Part shown: positions 50,292 to 64,000 of the stretch, in pieces | Layout: each line of letters starts with the position of its first letter | Position numbering within the stretch: position 1 is the first letter of the stretch | DNA from: Eledone cirrhosa | Lineage: Eukaryota | Direction of reading: 5' to 3' | DNA length: 64,000 nucleotides | Assembly: GCA_964016885.1 (NCBI GenBank) | Contig: OZ024743.1 | Coordinates: 164,858,001-164,922,000 of the forward strand | The notes under the pieces: model-generated | What the model saw: only the letters and a program-made list of their open reading frames with translations | What the model was told of the DNA's origin: nothing | Database searches by the model: none | Position numbers and translations under genes: made by a program

Positions 50292-52950
50292 GTTTGTATT
50301 TGTAAAGCCAAAACAATGCAGGTATGGATATAGAATAAAAAATGCAAATGCAAAAGATATTGTTGACAATTAGTCTTTTACCTTAATTTTCGAGATAATA
50401 TTTCTTCTTCGGAGGGAAGTAAAGCGGTTAAACCAGTGTTCTAAATAGCTTGCCAAGTCATGCTGACAGGAAAAGGTATAGAGTATCTGTTCTATCTCTA
50501 ATGTCAAAGAGTTAAGGTTAGGGGGATAAAGAGTAGTCTCTCTTTAAAAGGGGTTTTGTACATGTCTGTTTAGGTGTGTGGGAGAATGCGTGAAGGTGTA
50601 AGTATGTGTGTGTGAGTGTGAGAAGATATGTCTATACGTAAATGTGGGGGATAGATGTTCTCTCGTGTTAGAACTGGTCTTTGTGTGTGTGTGAGAGAGA
50701 ATAAGTGGGGGTGTAAGCGTGTGTGGGTGTGGGTGTGTGTGTGTGCGTGCGTGGGGGGGGGGGGGTAAGGGGGTGTAAGTATGGGGCTAGATGCTCTATC
50801 AAGTAATAAATTGGGTGTTGAGTTCTAGTCTATTATTGATTGGTGGTTGTGTTTTGTCTATAATTAGTGCTTCCTTAATTCTAAGATTGCCGAGGTTTCT
50901 TTCCTTAGTTTCTATCCTAACTGTTATGGTTTTGTCGGTGTTTTTGCATTTCAGTAGGTGTTTCTTAAATGAGGAAGCGTTAGTATTGAGGTGTTCTTTT
51001 ATTCTTATGTGGAGTGGTCTGGTGGTGATACCTCCGTAGAAGTTGCTGCATTTGTCGCACTCTAGTCTGTATACGACGTAAGCCTGGTGGCATAGGTCTA
51101 TGTCGTTGATGGAGCAGTTGGTTAGCCTGCAGCGGTTGTCATGTCTGGTGGAGTGTCTTTTGGTTAGCTCTCCGCGTAGAGAAGGTCCTGAGTGGGCCAA
51201 TTGGATATCTAGTCCCTCTCGTCTGATAGCTCTGCGGATGGCTGTTGTTCTTTCGTCACTGAAGTGTGGGAGCTTCAGGAAGCAAGTGTTAGTGCCTCGG
51301 GTGTGGTGTCCTCTGTTCTTTCTGGCACGGTTTGTGGTGGATCTCGGGTATCCGTTCAGTTTGAGTACTTCCAGGAAATGTGTGGTGTGTGTGTCTCGGT
51401 CTCTAGCGTCGGTGCATTTGTTCCGGATACGGTTTAGTTCGTTCCTTATGTATCCGAACTTAGCGCCGGCTGGGAGGGCCGATCTGAAATGTACGAACAG
51501 GTCCCCGCTGGCGGATTTTTTATAGAAGCAGGTGTGGATGTTGCCTTCCTCTCTTATCCTGAGTTGGAAGTCCAATAGGGATAGGAATCCGCGGTCATCG
51601 GGGTGTTCCATGCTGAACTTTATACTGGCGTCCATGCTGGAGAATGTTGTGTATATTTTATCCGCCTCCTCACGGGATGATGTAAGGATGAGTATGTCAT
51701 CTACATATCGAGTGAAGAAGGTATGGGAATGGCAGGTGTTGAAGGCTCGGCATTCTAGCTGGTTCATGTAAGTGATGGCCAGCAGGCCCGATAGGCTGGA
51801 TCCCATGGGTAATCCTGTTGTCTGTCTGTATGTGTGGTGGTGGAAGGTGAAGTACGTGTTGTCCACTGTGAAGGACAAAAGCTGGTGTATGTCCGTCGGA
51901 TGGAGGCCGTAGCAGTGGATGTCCTCTGCGACCACGCAGTCCGTCAATAAATCGACAGCTGGATGTAGAGGGAGACAACGTCGAGGCTAAAGGCGTATCT
52001 GTTTAGTTTAAGTTGTTCTGGCTGGATTTGGTGTAGTCTACGTATGACTTCGTCGGAGCTACTGACATGCCCGGGAAAGGTGGAGAGTAGAGGCTTGAGG
52101 ACCTGGGAGAGGAGCCAGGAGATTTTATATAAGGGTCCTTCTAAGCTAGAGACGATGGGTCTTATTTGTGTCTTAGTACTATTCTTGTGGGTCTTGATGA
52201 GGTGGTAGAAAGTGGGCAGTCTGCTATTTCTAGTGGTGTAGTTGAGCTTAACTAAATTTGGGAGTTGTCTTCTCCTACATATGTCGAACCAGATGGAGTT
52301 GGTCTGTTTTTCTATCTGAGCTGCAGTCATGTCCGGGATCTCTGTATATAGTTCATTGTCGCTTAGGTGTTCAAAGGCTAGGTTGTTGTATGTGGCTTGA
52401 GAGATGACGCAAAACTCTTTACCTTTGTCGGATGGTAAGTATATAAGTTCCCTATTCCGTAGTTTCTTCAGGGCGAGTTGTTGTGTCCTGGAGAGGTTTG
52501 GGGCTATCTTCTTCTGTTTCCGTAAGATGTTAAATACGGAATGTTTTAGCCTCAAGAGTTTTTCTTCAAGCTCGCGATTGGCAGGCGGTGGACAGAGTGA
52601 GCGATCCAGTTGGTATATCGGGAATCTGGGTTTGTTAGATTCCGTGGTGTTGTTGCCGAGAGTCGATATCCATTTTAGTTAGTAGGCAGCCCGACAGAAA
52701 TTCGTTTCTATGTCGAGCCATAATTTGTCGTCCAGTCTCTGTTTCAATATGAACTTGGGACCCAGGCTGGGGAGGTCTAATTCCTCTCGGGTGAGGGATC
52801 CTGTCAAGTCTGTGGCGAGGTGTTTTGCGTCAGGTGTGTTGTTGGTCGGGGTGCCGTTAGGTTCGGTGTTGGTACCGTCTTGTTCGCCTCTGTTGGTGCT
52901 TAGAGTTGGGTTGTTGTTAAGACGGTTAGCCGTGCTAAGTTTGAGAAATG
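50290..52950 (-). mobile_element. Nearly complete Penelope/Poseidon-like PLE (RT and GIY-YIG, 50799-52700), frameshifted; degenerate HHR at 50374-50426
   Basis: PSDKG, PTFYHLIKTHK, RPIVSS, SLDVVSLY, GLPMGSSLSG, RYVDDIL, VVYRLEC..FYGGITTRPL..RIKEH, EALII. Confidence 0.93.
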
Positions 52951-53148
52951 TTTGCGTTGTGTGTATGTGTATGTGTGTGTGTGTGTGTTATCTTTTTATG
53001 TGTCTATGATTTAGTAAGCAGTCAAAATTCTGCTTGCCCAAAGCTTTCGTGTGTTTGTGTGTATGTATGTGTGTGCGTTATCTTTTTATGTGTCTACGAT
53101 TTAGTGTGCAGTCAAAATTCTGCTTGCCCAAAGCTGTCGTGTGTTTGT

Positions 53149-53189
<41 letters not shown>

Positions 53190-53345
53190 TGTGTTATCTG
53201 TTTATGTGTCTATGATTTAGTAAGCACTCAAAATTCTGCTTGCCCCAAAGCTGTCGTGTGTTTGTGTGTATGTGTTTGTGTGTATGTGTGTGTTAACTTT
53301 TTTGTGTTTATACGTTTTAGAAAGCAGCCAAAATTCTGCTTGCTT
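52950..53345. repeat. Four tandem units interspersed with (TG)n
   Basis: gatttagtaagcagtcaaaattctgcttgccc repeated. Confidence 0.8.
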
Positions 53346-53436
53346 AAACCGACGTAATTGATCAACTCAAGATTTTATAACGCATGCACTGCATGCGTTG
53401 CATGCACGCACCCTTCGAACCTGATGAGTGTATGTG

Positions 53437-53545
<109 letters not shown>

Positions 53546-55189
53546 CTGTGTGAGTGTTCGTGTGTGTGCGTGTAAACCACCGCTGGAATCGGAGACATAG
53601 GCCGCGAAACACGATCATCACTGACAACGAACTCGCAGAGAGAATCCCTTATGGTTGATTCCCAACCTGCTAGAAATAGCAATCAAGTTGGTTAGCATAC
53701 GTGGTATGTCTTTCTTCTTCTTTGGTGTTATAAAATTAGTATCAATAAACTTTCCTGGATGTACTCTTATCCCAATCCTGTACATACTTTCCGATTGTCA
53801 CTTTTCGTTTTTTTCGTGTGATATGCGAAGGAACCAGCCAACAAATATCTCTCTTTTATATTATGTACTAGCAGAATGGCACGGCGTTACTCGGGATTTT
53901 CTCTAGGGTTCTTATATATTTGATATATATTTATCCTTATCTAGCCTCGTGAAATAAATACGTTTGTTTATATGTTGTTATTGTGTATGCAAAAATATCT
54001 GTACACAAATACATAATTATATATATATATATATATAAAATATAGAGGTTTACATATACATAAACTAGACAGAGCCATAGATATATAGATATGTGTTTTT
54101 GGCAACCATTCAGGGTGTGGCTCAATGATGAATTAATTAATTAAATAATCAACAATCAGAGCAATATATAAGAAAGTAAGTCCATAGAATCATTTGATAA
54201 AATATATTCAGTATTTGTCTTCCCAATCAGCATAATCAACCACATAAAAAAATCAATTAAACGAGGCTATAAGTTTAAAATGTACCTATGAAGAAACAAT
54301 AGATAAATAAACGATAGCTACTTTAACCGCGATCCACAGCCACAGAAGATTTACCTAGTATTTCTAATAGCCCGTAGAAATTCACTAGACATATAGTTAA
54401 CCATACACAATTAGGTACAAAATCAAAGTTAGACGAAAAAATGTACATAAATATACCAAAATCGTGTTTTTACCCCCGGAGGTTTCATTCGCTTTTTGGA
54501 AATATCCGATCATGGATAAATCAACGAGTTTCAAAATCATCAGGAAACAAACTCAATTGGACTAAGATTTTTCTTAAATGATCCCCGCCAGAAACGAATT
54601 CACAATGGCTAAGAATTGTCACATGGCCAGTGGTCAAATCAGAAAGCTTGTGATTGGTGCCTGATGGCGAGTAGGCTGGTTGCTAGAAAGCGCAGCCGAA
54701 TACTGCCTAAAGTTTTACTCAACCTTACGGGAGTATATAAAATATAGAGGTTCACATATATATAAACTAGACAGAGTCATAGATATATATATATATGTGT
54801 GTTTTTGGTAACCATTCACGGTTTCGAAACTCGTTGATTTATCCATGATCGGATATTTCCAAAAAGCGAATGAAACCCCCGGGGGTAGAAACATAATTTT
54901 GGGTATGTTTATGTACATTTTTTTCTTCTAACTTTGATTTTGTACCTAATTGTGTATGGTTAACTATATGTCTAGTCAATTTCTACGGGCTATTAGAAAT
55001 ACTAGGTAAATCTTCTGTGGCTGTGGATCGCGGATAAAGTAGTTATCGTTTATTTATCTATTGTTTCTTCATAGGTATATTTTAAACTTATAGCCTCGTT
55101 TAATTGATTTTTTATGTGGTTGATTATGCTGATTGGGAGGAGAAATACTGTATATATTTTATCAAATGATTCTATGAACTTACTTTCTC

Positions 55190-55460
<271 letters not shown>

Positions 55461-55714
55461 ATAATAATAAATTTGAAAACTAAAATCCAAAGAGGGCTTG
55501 ATAAGGATAAATATATATCAAATATATAAGAACCGAAGAGCAAATATTTATTAAAATAAGGGATTAAAATTTAAGCAAAGAATCGCTGCTTTCACCCTTA
55601 ACGGGATCTTCTGAAACTCAAGTTTCAGAAGATCCCGTTAAGGGTGAAAGCAGCGATTCTTTGCTTAAACTTTAATCTGTTATTTTAATAAACATATATA
55701 TATATATATATATA

Positions 55715-56424
55715 CAAATATATTACACAAAGAGAAGTGTGTTACACAGTGAGATGTGTGTAAAGAATTATTACAAGTGAGTTTTACCGTTACTGTATAG
55801 AGAACAATATCTACAGGTTTAGCAATTAAATAGAAAAAAACTAAGTCAGAATCAAATCTCTGAATTAGAGTTTTAAATTACCAACCTTATAACTATAAGT
55901 TTGCTGATACGAATCTCGCTTCGTTTCACCATTGATATGTGCAGTATAACAGGCCACAGGATCCTCAGTCAGCAAATGTGGACACTGTTCACGACACATA
56001 TAACCTCATGGATAGAGAGAAAGCTAATATACACGCTGCCCAGAGTAGGGCGAAATCACGTGTTATTTGCATCAAATAACGGCTCTCATGGATTGGGGAA
56101 AATGCTAGAGAGGGCAGCCCAACCATTCGAATTTATTAGCTGAACAATTTGGAGCTCGTTAAGTATGCAAAGATCGGAATTAAGAGTATTCCGCAGTTCA
56201 CTGTAATAATAATAATAGTATTAGCTCAAAGAAGAATAGAAACTTTTCTTCTGAGCTCAAATGCAAATATATTACACAAAGAGAAGTGTGTTACACAGTG
56301 AGATGTGTGTAAAGAATTATTACAAGTGAGTTTTACCGTTACTGTATAGGGAACAATATCTACAGGTTTAGCAATTAAATAGAAAAATACTAGGTCAGAA
56401 TAAAATCTCTGAATTAGAGTTTTA
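55715..56424 (-). mobile_element. HHR-bearing non-coding element, 1.3 units of a 549-bp monomer
   Basis: ~160-bp direct repeats at 55715-55875 and 56264-56424; (TA)n flanks. Confidence 0.75.
55900..55976 (-). ncRNA. Type I hammerhead ribozyme
   Basis: tttgctga-CTGAGGA-tcc...ggt-GAAA-cgaa-gcgaga-ttcg-TA-tcagcaaa; perfect 8-bp stem I and 5-bp stem III. Confidence 0.85.
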
Positions 56425-56552
56425 TATATATATTAAAATAACAGATTAAAGTTTAAGCAAATAATCGCTGCTTTCACCCTTGACGGGATCTTCTGAATCT
56501 AAAAAAACATTCTGTGAACGCAAAAGTAAATATTTCGAAAAACGTTATACAC

Positions 56553-56634
<82 letters not shown>

Positions 56635-57766
56635 AACACACACACACGCATACACACCGCGTCGTAATGTCGTCATGCAGACAGCCAGACATACAGACAC
56701 ATATTATATGAGCGCAACGTTATATCTATGTATCTATTGAAAAAGAGAAAGACTAAGAATTATAGAGAGATCGCTAACTCGCCTAATGCGGTCCCTAGGG
56801 CATTGAAAATTTCAAATATTTTTTTGTTTAAAACACTCACAGGTCCATAAGTATTACATGTCTAAAGTTTGAAAACAATCGGTTGGGTGGTTCTCGAGCT
56901 TTAGTGATCGGACAGACAGACATTCTCTGTTTTAGATATATAGATAGGTTACTATATCTCTTTTATTTGTTCATTCAAAATATTTTTCAGCTAATTCTGT
57001 CGTAGAATATACATCAGCAATCGTTATCTAATGTTTAAAACAAAGGTTCTTAACCCATTTTGGCCAAACGCCCCCTTTTGCCCCTCGAAATCACGAAACG
57101 CCCCCCCCCCCCCTATTTTTCCATTTTTCAACATACTATTTATTTTGATATCAGTAGATTACTGGGCCAAATCAAGTTATCTTAGAATCTTTAAAAAATA
57201 CTCGCACGAATTAAATACAAAAGCAAGCTATTTCAAATTATATATTTTTGAAAAAGAAAAAAAGATTTGATCTCAGTCGAAAAAGCTTCTTCTTTTTTTT
57301 AAACTCTATATTTCACTGTTAGCTGTTGTAATATTTTGAGTGGATAGACAATTCTACAATTCAAACTGTAAAGTCAAAATACAAAAGATGCAAAATATGA
57401 AGAATTTCTTACCTTTCTCTGGAATCACACACTCAGGAGAAAAATAGTACCTTGCAAAATAAAATACCTCCTGGCAAAATAAAATACTTAGTAGCAACGA
57501 GTGAATTGAGAAGCTTGGAGATAGTGGGAAAGCCATATCTGTATCCCTTATATATATACATAGATAGATACACACACACACACGCACACACATAAACGCG
57601 TACGCACGCACACACACACACACATACATACACACACACAAACTTATGTATGTGTGCCTTGGTTTTGGTACAGAAAGAATTTGTCTCCAGTTTTTATTGC
57701 CAGGTCAAAGGCCACTGATCTTTTCGACAACGCCAAATATCAACGCCATATATATATAAATATATA

Positions 57767-58875
57767 TCTACTATATAAATTGGAAGTGGTCGGACGTTGT
57801 ATATTTAAGTAAGTAGGTGTAGTCGGATAAACGTCGAAACGGCTTGGTGGAATGCAGCGAAAATTTACAGTTAATCAGAATGACCCGAGGAGGCGTTGGG
57901 TCAACTTTCAAGCTACAAGCTTCCATTGTTACGGAGAAAATCAATGAAACAGGAATTTCCCATTCAAATTGAACTGAGAGTAATCTGTGAACGCAGAAGT
58001 AAATATTTCGAGAAACGTTGCAGCCGAAGGAAAAGAGGAAGATGATATTTTGGTTCGTAAAGACGTTCCCTGGCAATGAACGGAAAAAAGCGAGGATAAT
58101 ACGTCGTTATGTGGAGCGTGAAGAACTATTTCATGCAAAGACAAGACCAAGTTTATGGTATAAATGGAGTCGTTAGACTAATATTCTATTTAAAATAACA
58201 GAATGATTTCCAGCCCCGGAGTTTAAGGATGATGTAAATAAAATTGAAAACGAAAATGACTGAGGTTATTAAAATAGTAAAAGTAAATAGTGAAGGTTTA
58301 GGCCAGTACATACGTATGCCCCGACGGACATACACATACATACGCACACACAAATACATACACACCCCCAAACACACACACACACACACACACACACGCC
58401 CGCACGCACGCGCGCGCGTATGTATCAACCTTATGCATTTCTACAGTATTTTCATCAAACTTAAGACATAGGTTACTTATGTACTCCGGATGGTCATGGG
58501 CACTTTCATTTTTCCAGATATTGATTATAAGGCCCCCCCCCCCCCCCCGGCAGATAACCCCTTTAACCACTTTAACCACTTCCTTGGAGTCGACTGAAGC
58601 ACTGCAGTGCAATGCAACAAAACGTCATAACTTCTGGAGTTCGCAACCGATTTTCACAAAACTTGACACATGGGCTACGTTTGACCTACAGATGAATGTG
58701 AACTCTCAGAATTGGCACATATTGAGTATGGGACCCTTGGGGGCAGGAACCCCCTTTTGGAAAAAAGCCGATGATTTTGTAAAAGTATAGTTTTCGAAGC
58801 AGCACTGAAGTATTGACATAAATGGTACACACAACTGCGATTTAATACCCGAGCAACGCCAGGTACCTCTGCTAG
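57767..58875 (+). mobile_element. Non-autonomous Helitron
   Basis: A|TCTACTATATAAA...cccgagcaacgccaggtac..CTAG|T. Confidence 0.85.
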
Positions 58876-58950
58876 TATATATAAATAACGTCTTCCTTGT
58901 GAAATTTGTGGTCTTGTTTTGCTTAACTAATGAATATATATATATATATA

Positions 58951-59710
<760 letters not shown>

Positions 59711-59779
59711 TATGAAGAGAGAAGAAACATCTAGATATAATTAGTAATAAAATGTATCATACCTAAACTGCTCCTAGAT

Positions 59780-59869
59780 TCCTCGACTACGTAGTTTCGT
59801 GGCATAAACAAAAACAATACATCATAAAGATATAGAGTCTCTGCGAGGTCTGCCGACTTATCAAGAGGA
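59780..59869 (-). ncRNA. Type I hammerhead ribozyme, U3-A8 core variant
   Basis: tcctc-TTGATAA-gt(c)ggca...tgccac-GAAA-ctacgtag-TC-gagga. Confidence 0.7.
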
Positions 59870-60069
59870 TACCTCGTTTTACTAGCTTCAAGAACGCGTC
59901 TACATGACGTGAGAAAGAATCCCAAAAGGCGGAGGGGGAGATAATATGTGTGTGTGTGTGTGTGTGTATGTATATATATATATATAAATGAAGAGAGAAA
60001 GACAGAGAGAGTAAGAAATGTGTGTATCTGTGTGTGTTTGGTGCACGTCTTTCTAACTATCTATCTATC

Positions 60070-60892
60070 TGACCCCAAGCAAATGTGCGCGGCCTTTCAG
60101 CAGCACTTTGCACGACTGTTTGAACAGAACGACGGTGAGCCGAACGGGGTAATGGACTTTAGTTCATACCTCAACGGCCTGCCGCGTCTCTCGAACACGG
60201 ACGCCGAGTTCTGCGAAAGACCGATCACAGACACTGAGATACGGGACGCTCTGGGACGCTGCGGGGAACGCAAGTCACCAGGTCTAGATGGTCTACCCGA
60301 TGAGTTTCACATAGGCATGCCGGACTTGTTCTCTGGCGTCCTCGAAGCCGTCTACTGTAATTGGCAGCAGAACGAGAGAATTCCTGCCAAGAGGACGTGT
60401 CCACGATACGCGCAGGACATTGAAACAGTCCTGCACGCAATTGTACACTGCCCGGGCATAACCGACCTGTGGAACAATGCAGAACAACTGCTGTCGCGTA
60501 TGGGACAAATCCAGTTGACTGCTGAGTCCATAGTAAGGATCAAGCTTCCAGCCTCTTTCAAAAACGAAAGAGAGGCGGTTTTCCTCTGTACGGTGGCTAT
60601 GGTGGAAGAAGTTATATGGTGGACGAGGTTGAGAGGACTGAGGACAGATGTCTTTCTCTCCGGACAACAATTGATTCTCTTCTTTAAGTATCACTTTAGA
60701 AGGAGAATCAGAGTGGAGAGAGAGGCACTGCACCCCAGTGTATTAAACAACCCATTTGTGGCGCTTCCCCCCTATTGGGGATTTCGATTGTTGTAATTGT
60801 TTGTTTTATATTTTTACACGACTGTATGTAAAATCTCCGGAATGTCTTTGTATTGTCCCCTTTTCTTGTGCGCCCTTGTGGCAAATAAAGAA
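60070..60892 (+). mobile_element. Internally deleted L1/Tx1 element lacking the RT core
   Basis: KSPGLDGLP..VYCNWQQNERIP joined directly to CPR..ETVLHAIVHC; AATAAA end; TCTA-like flanks. Confidence 0.85.
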
Positions 60893-60909
60893 ATCTATCT
60901 CTTTATCTG

Positions 60910-63900
60910 CCTGACGCGTGGAACATCGCTGGTAAGCTTTTTTGTAAATTTCTATACAAAAAACTGAACTAATTGTTTGAAAAAACATATCATTATTTAG
61001 ATTAACCCCCAAGCTGAATTGTCAGCTGGGTGGTAATCCCATTTTTTTCCCATTTTTTTAGGGGCGAAATTTTAATTTAAAAATTGTTTTTAAAAAATCA
61101 AATTTTGCCGACTATAAAACATGAATAACTCGGAAAGAACGCCGGAGAACGTTAACAGAGAGAAGAGAGATAGTAAGGCACATATTAACGTTATATCTGC
61201 TTCTGTCACTATGGACGTCGTCATGGATACGACTGTCAACAAGGAAAACAAATATTGCCAATTCAACATTTAAAAATTTCTACCGTCGAAGCGGAGAAGA
61301 ATAACACACAGCAAAACACAGGAATTAAACCTATTAATATACATACACATGAAACAGCCAACAACAACCACTCCATATCTACAGATAAAATTTCACCTCG
61401 TCAAGAAATTGCGATTTCTAACACCGAGGCTGACAACGACAACAACAACAACAGCAACACCACACAAAAAATGTCTTTCGCTGAAACAGTGAACAAAAAA
61501 ACAAGATTTTATAAATCTTGACATCGCCAATGCAAGTCATATGCTCCAGCAAGGGAGAAAATGTGTAACTTTCGAAGACGAGGGTGGGTTTAGAATCAAC
61601 TCACGCCTCGAAATAAAAGAAGAGACAGTTCGAAGGACAGTGAACTTCTGGACTGTCTCCAACACAACGAGAAAGCCAATATTTGTGAGTCAAGGAGACA
61701 TAGAAGCCACCTTGAAGGACACTCTAGAAAATATTGACTTTCTTCAACGAGGAAAACAGTACGGAAGTACTTCCGTACTGTTTAAAAGCGAGGCACTCGC
61801 CCCAAAACATTCTGTGACACTAATGGTGTCAAAAGCATTCACCTTTTTCCCTACGTACGTGGGAAAAAGGACACAAAAATAAAAATAAAAAATATACCAC
61901 CAAGCATTAACATCTGGCGGATCTTGGCTGGATTCGTGGAGCCAGAAACTGATATGATTCTTTCAATACGAAAGTCTATTAGACAAAGGTGGGCGGGTAC
62001 TGATTTGGAGATTCTGATGCAGATGAGGCCGGAGAGAATCTCCAAAATACCCGAAAAAGTCGTCTTCGACGACAATAAAAGAATAAACATCACGTTGGAG
62101 GGGCGTAAACTTCATTCCTTTCGCTGTGGTAGCACAACACACCTAAAGGCCTCCTATCCTTCACAAACACACCACAACAACATCATTAAAAAAAACTATC
62201 CAACACCAAAACAACCACCACCACAAGTACAACAACAGACGAAACGAGCAAACACACCAAAACAAACAGCCACTCAACCAACAACAACAGAAAAAACACA
62301 GACAACACCCCTGAAGAACACATCCCCACCCATCCCACTCCATCAAACACTACCACAAACACACACACCGAAACATACCCCTACCCCACACTCCTGACGA
62401 TGAATATTCACCGACAGATGAGGCTGCTTCTTCTTCTTTTAGTGAAGGAGAGCCTCGGAAATCTAAAAAACAAAAAAAGAGACACCACAAAACCCCCTAA
62501 ACTTGAATCACCAACACCAACACACAACCACAGACACAAACAACAACACAAACAATACCACAGTCAAACATCCCCCTACCAGCAAAACCAGCACCAACAC
62601 CACCCAAACACCAGCAGCCACCATAAAAAGAAAACTCCCGGACGAACAACAAACTAAAACAACACAACAAAAACACAAACAACAATACGCATACATCAAC
62701 ACAAACAACAAGAGTTTGATGGAGGTCATCTCCCCAAACCCCAAGGTGGAGACGGAGGGCAAAACCTTCGTCAAAGCAGAATCGTTTCCACACCTTAAAC
62801 TAATAAGTGCTTCGATAGAAACCTATCAGAAATTGAAAGGACAGTTTTCGCAGGATGTTAGCAACCCCTGTCAAAAACCGCATCTTATTAAAATGTTTCC
62901 CCACCCCACCCAACACCCCAACCAGAACTGAAATGGAGATTGAACAACCCGATCTCCAGGAAACGAAAAGGTAAGTGCACCTTTTCGTCCTTTTCGCCAA
63001 CTCTTCTCCACCAACATGGCTAATTTACGAGTTGGAAGCGTGAATGTGCGTGGCCTATGGATGCCCTGGAAGCAGGGCCAACTTTTAAACGACCTTAGGT
63101 CACACGGTATGGATGTGATAGCCATCACCGAGTCCAGGATCCACAACAGGCAGCAACTAATCCCCATCTTCGACGACTTTGAAATCTACGCATCTTTCTG
63201 TCAGCCAGGAGGGGGGAGGGGTAGTGGCTGTTATGTTTCGGAAGAACCTGGACGTCGAAGTTACACAAGTACACTTGGACCCGGAAGGTAGACTGGTAGC
63301 CCTAGACGTGAACAGTATTGGAGGTGAAGCCTTCAGACTGGTGGCAATCCCAATCACGGCCAGACTTCTTTAAGCGTCTAGAGTCTTTTCTGGGAACGTC
63401 TCGCTCCTTACTTTTAGTGGGGGACTGGAATGGTATCCTAGATGCACGATGGGACTATATGAGAGCATGTCCCAGTAGAGGGGGGTGCAACAGCCTCAAA
63501 ACTTTAATCGGCCAATTCCAACTGGCGGATAGGTATCGACTGGATTTCCCGACTGCACCACAGTGGACGTGGGCAAACCGCAGCGGGACATCTAGATCGT
63601 ATTTAGATAGGTTCTTCATTAGAGAAAGGGACAAGGAGATGTTAAGCTGTCCACGAATGCACATGGTTGCCTATTCCGATCACAAATTAGTCGTCTACAT
63701 AGTCAACCGTAACAGAACACATAGATACTGGAAGCTGAACGTGTCGATGCCGGCACGTAAAGCTTACAGTGAACGGATAAGTAAATTAGTCAAGCAACAG
63801 TTAACGGGAGCCATCGTCAACAATAAATGGCGGTACTCTCTCAAGAAAGCAATTAGAGTAGAATCGATAGGGTTTAGCAGAGAGTTAGCATTAGAGAAAA

Positions 63901-64000
63901 ACAAAATAGAAAGAGAACTAGTAGCCAAGGTAGAGGAGGCACTTAGAAGTGACAACGCGGCTAGAGTGTTAGCGTCGAGAACGGCACTGGACCAGTTCTT
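60910..64000 (+). mobile_element. L1/Tx1 element 5' half: disrupted ORF1 (~61120-62970) and ORF2 APE endonuclease (63016 onward)
   Basis: Degenerate knuckle SFRCGSTTHLKASYP; VGSVNVRGL, DVIAITES, LVGDWN, SYLDRF, YSDHK, YWKLN; runs off the window. Confidence 0.9.

Noticed and set aside
57050-57720. piggyBac element (TTAA|CCC start)
   Set aside because: No matching right TIR or transposase remnant

Overview
AT-rich eukaryotic intergenic DNA, probably from an animal. The abundant tRNA-derived SINE resembles octopod SINEs, which is recall and not verified here. I see no host gene. The window is almost entirely nested transposon debris: Penelope-like elements (PLEs, including Naiad-type), L1/Tx1, R4/Dong, RTE and CR1 LINEs, a Gypsy fragment, Helitrons, MITEs, SINEs and (TA)n microsatellites. 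The notable signal is non-coding. About 15 type I hammerhead ribozyme (HHR) motifs have an intact or compensated core, and about 7 more are degenerate. Some lie in PLE termini, as expected. Others lie in three mutually unrelated, ORF-less elements with unit lengths of 310, 549 and 485 bp, each integrated as a more-than-unit-length head-to-tail repeat inside (TA)n. That is the structure expected of retrozyme-like circular RNAs reverse-transcribed by a PLE RT. Several HHRs share an unusual U-U closure of stem II, one has a U3-A8 compensated core, and one has been split by a Helitron. All folds were derived by eye, and boundaries of degenerate elements are approximate.
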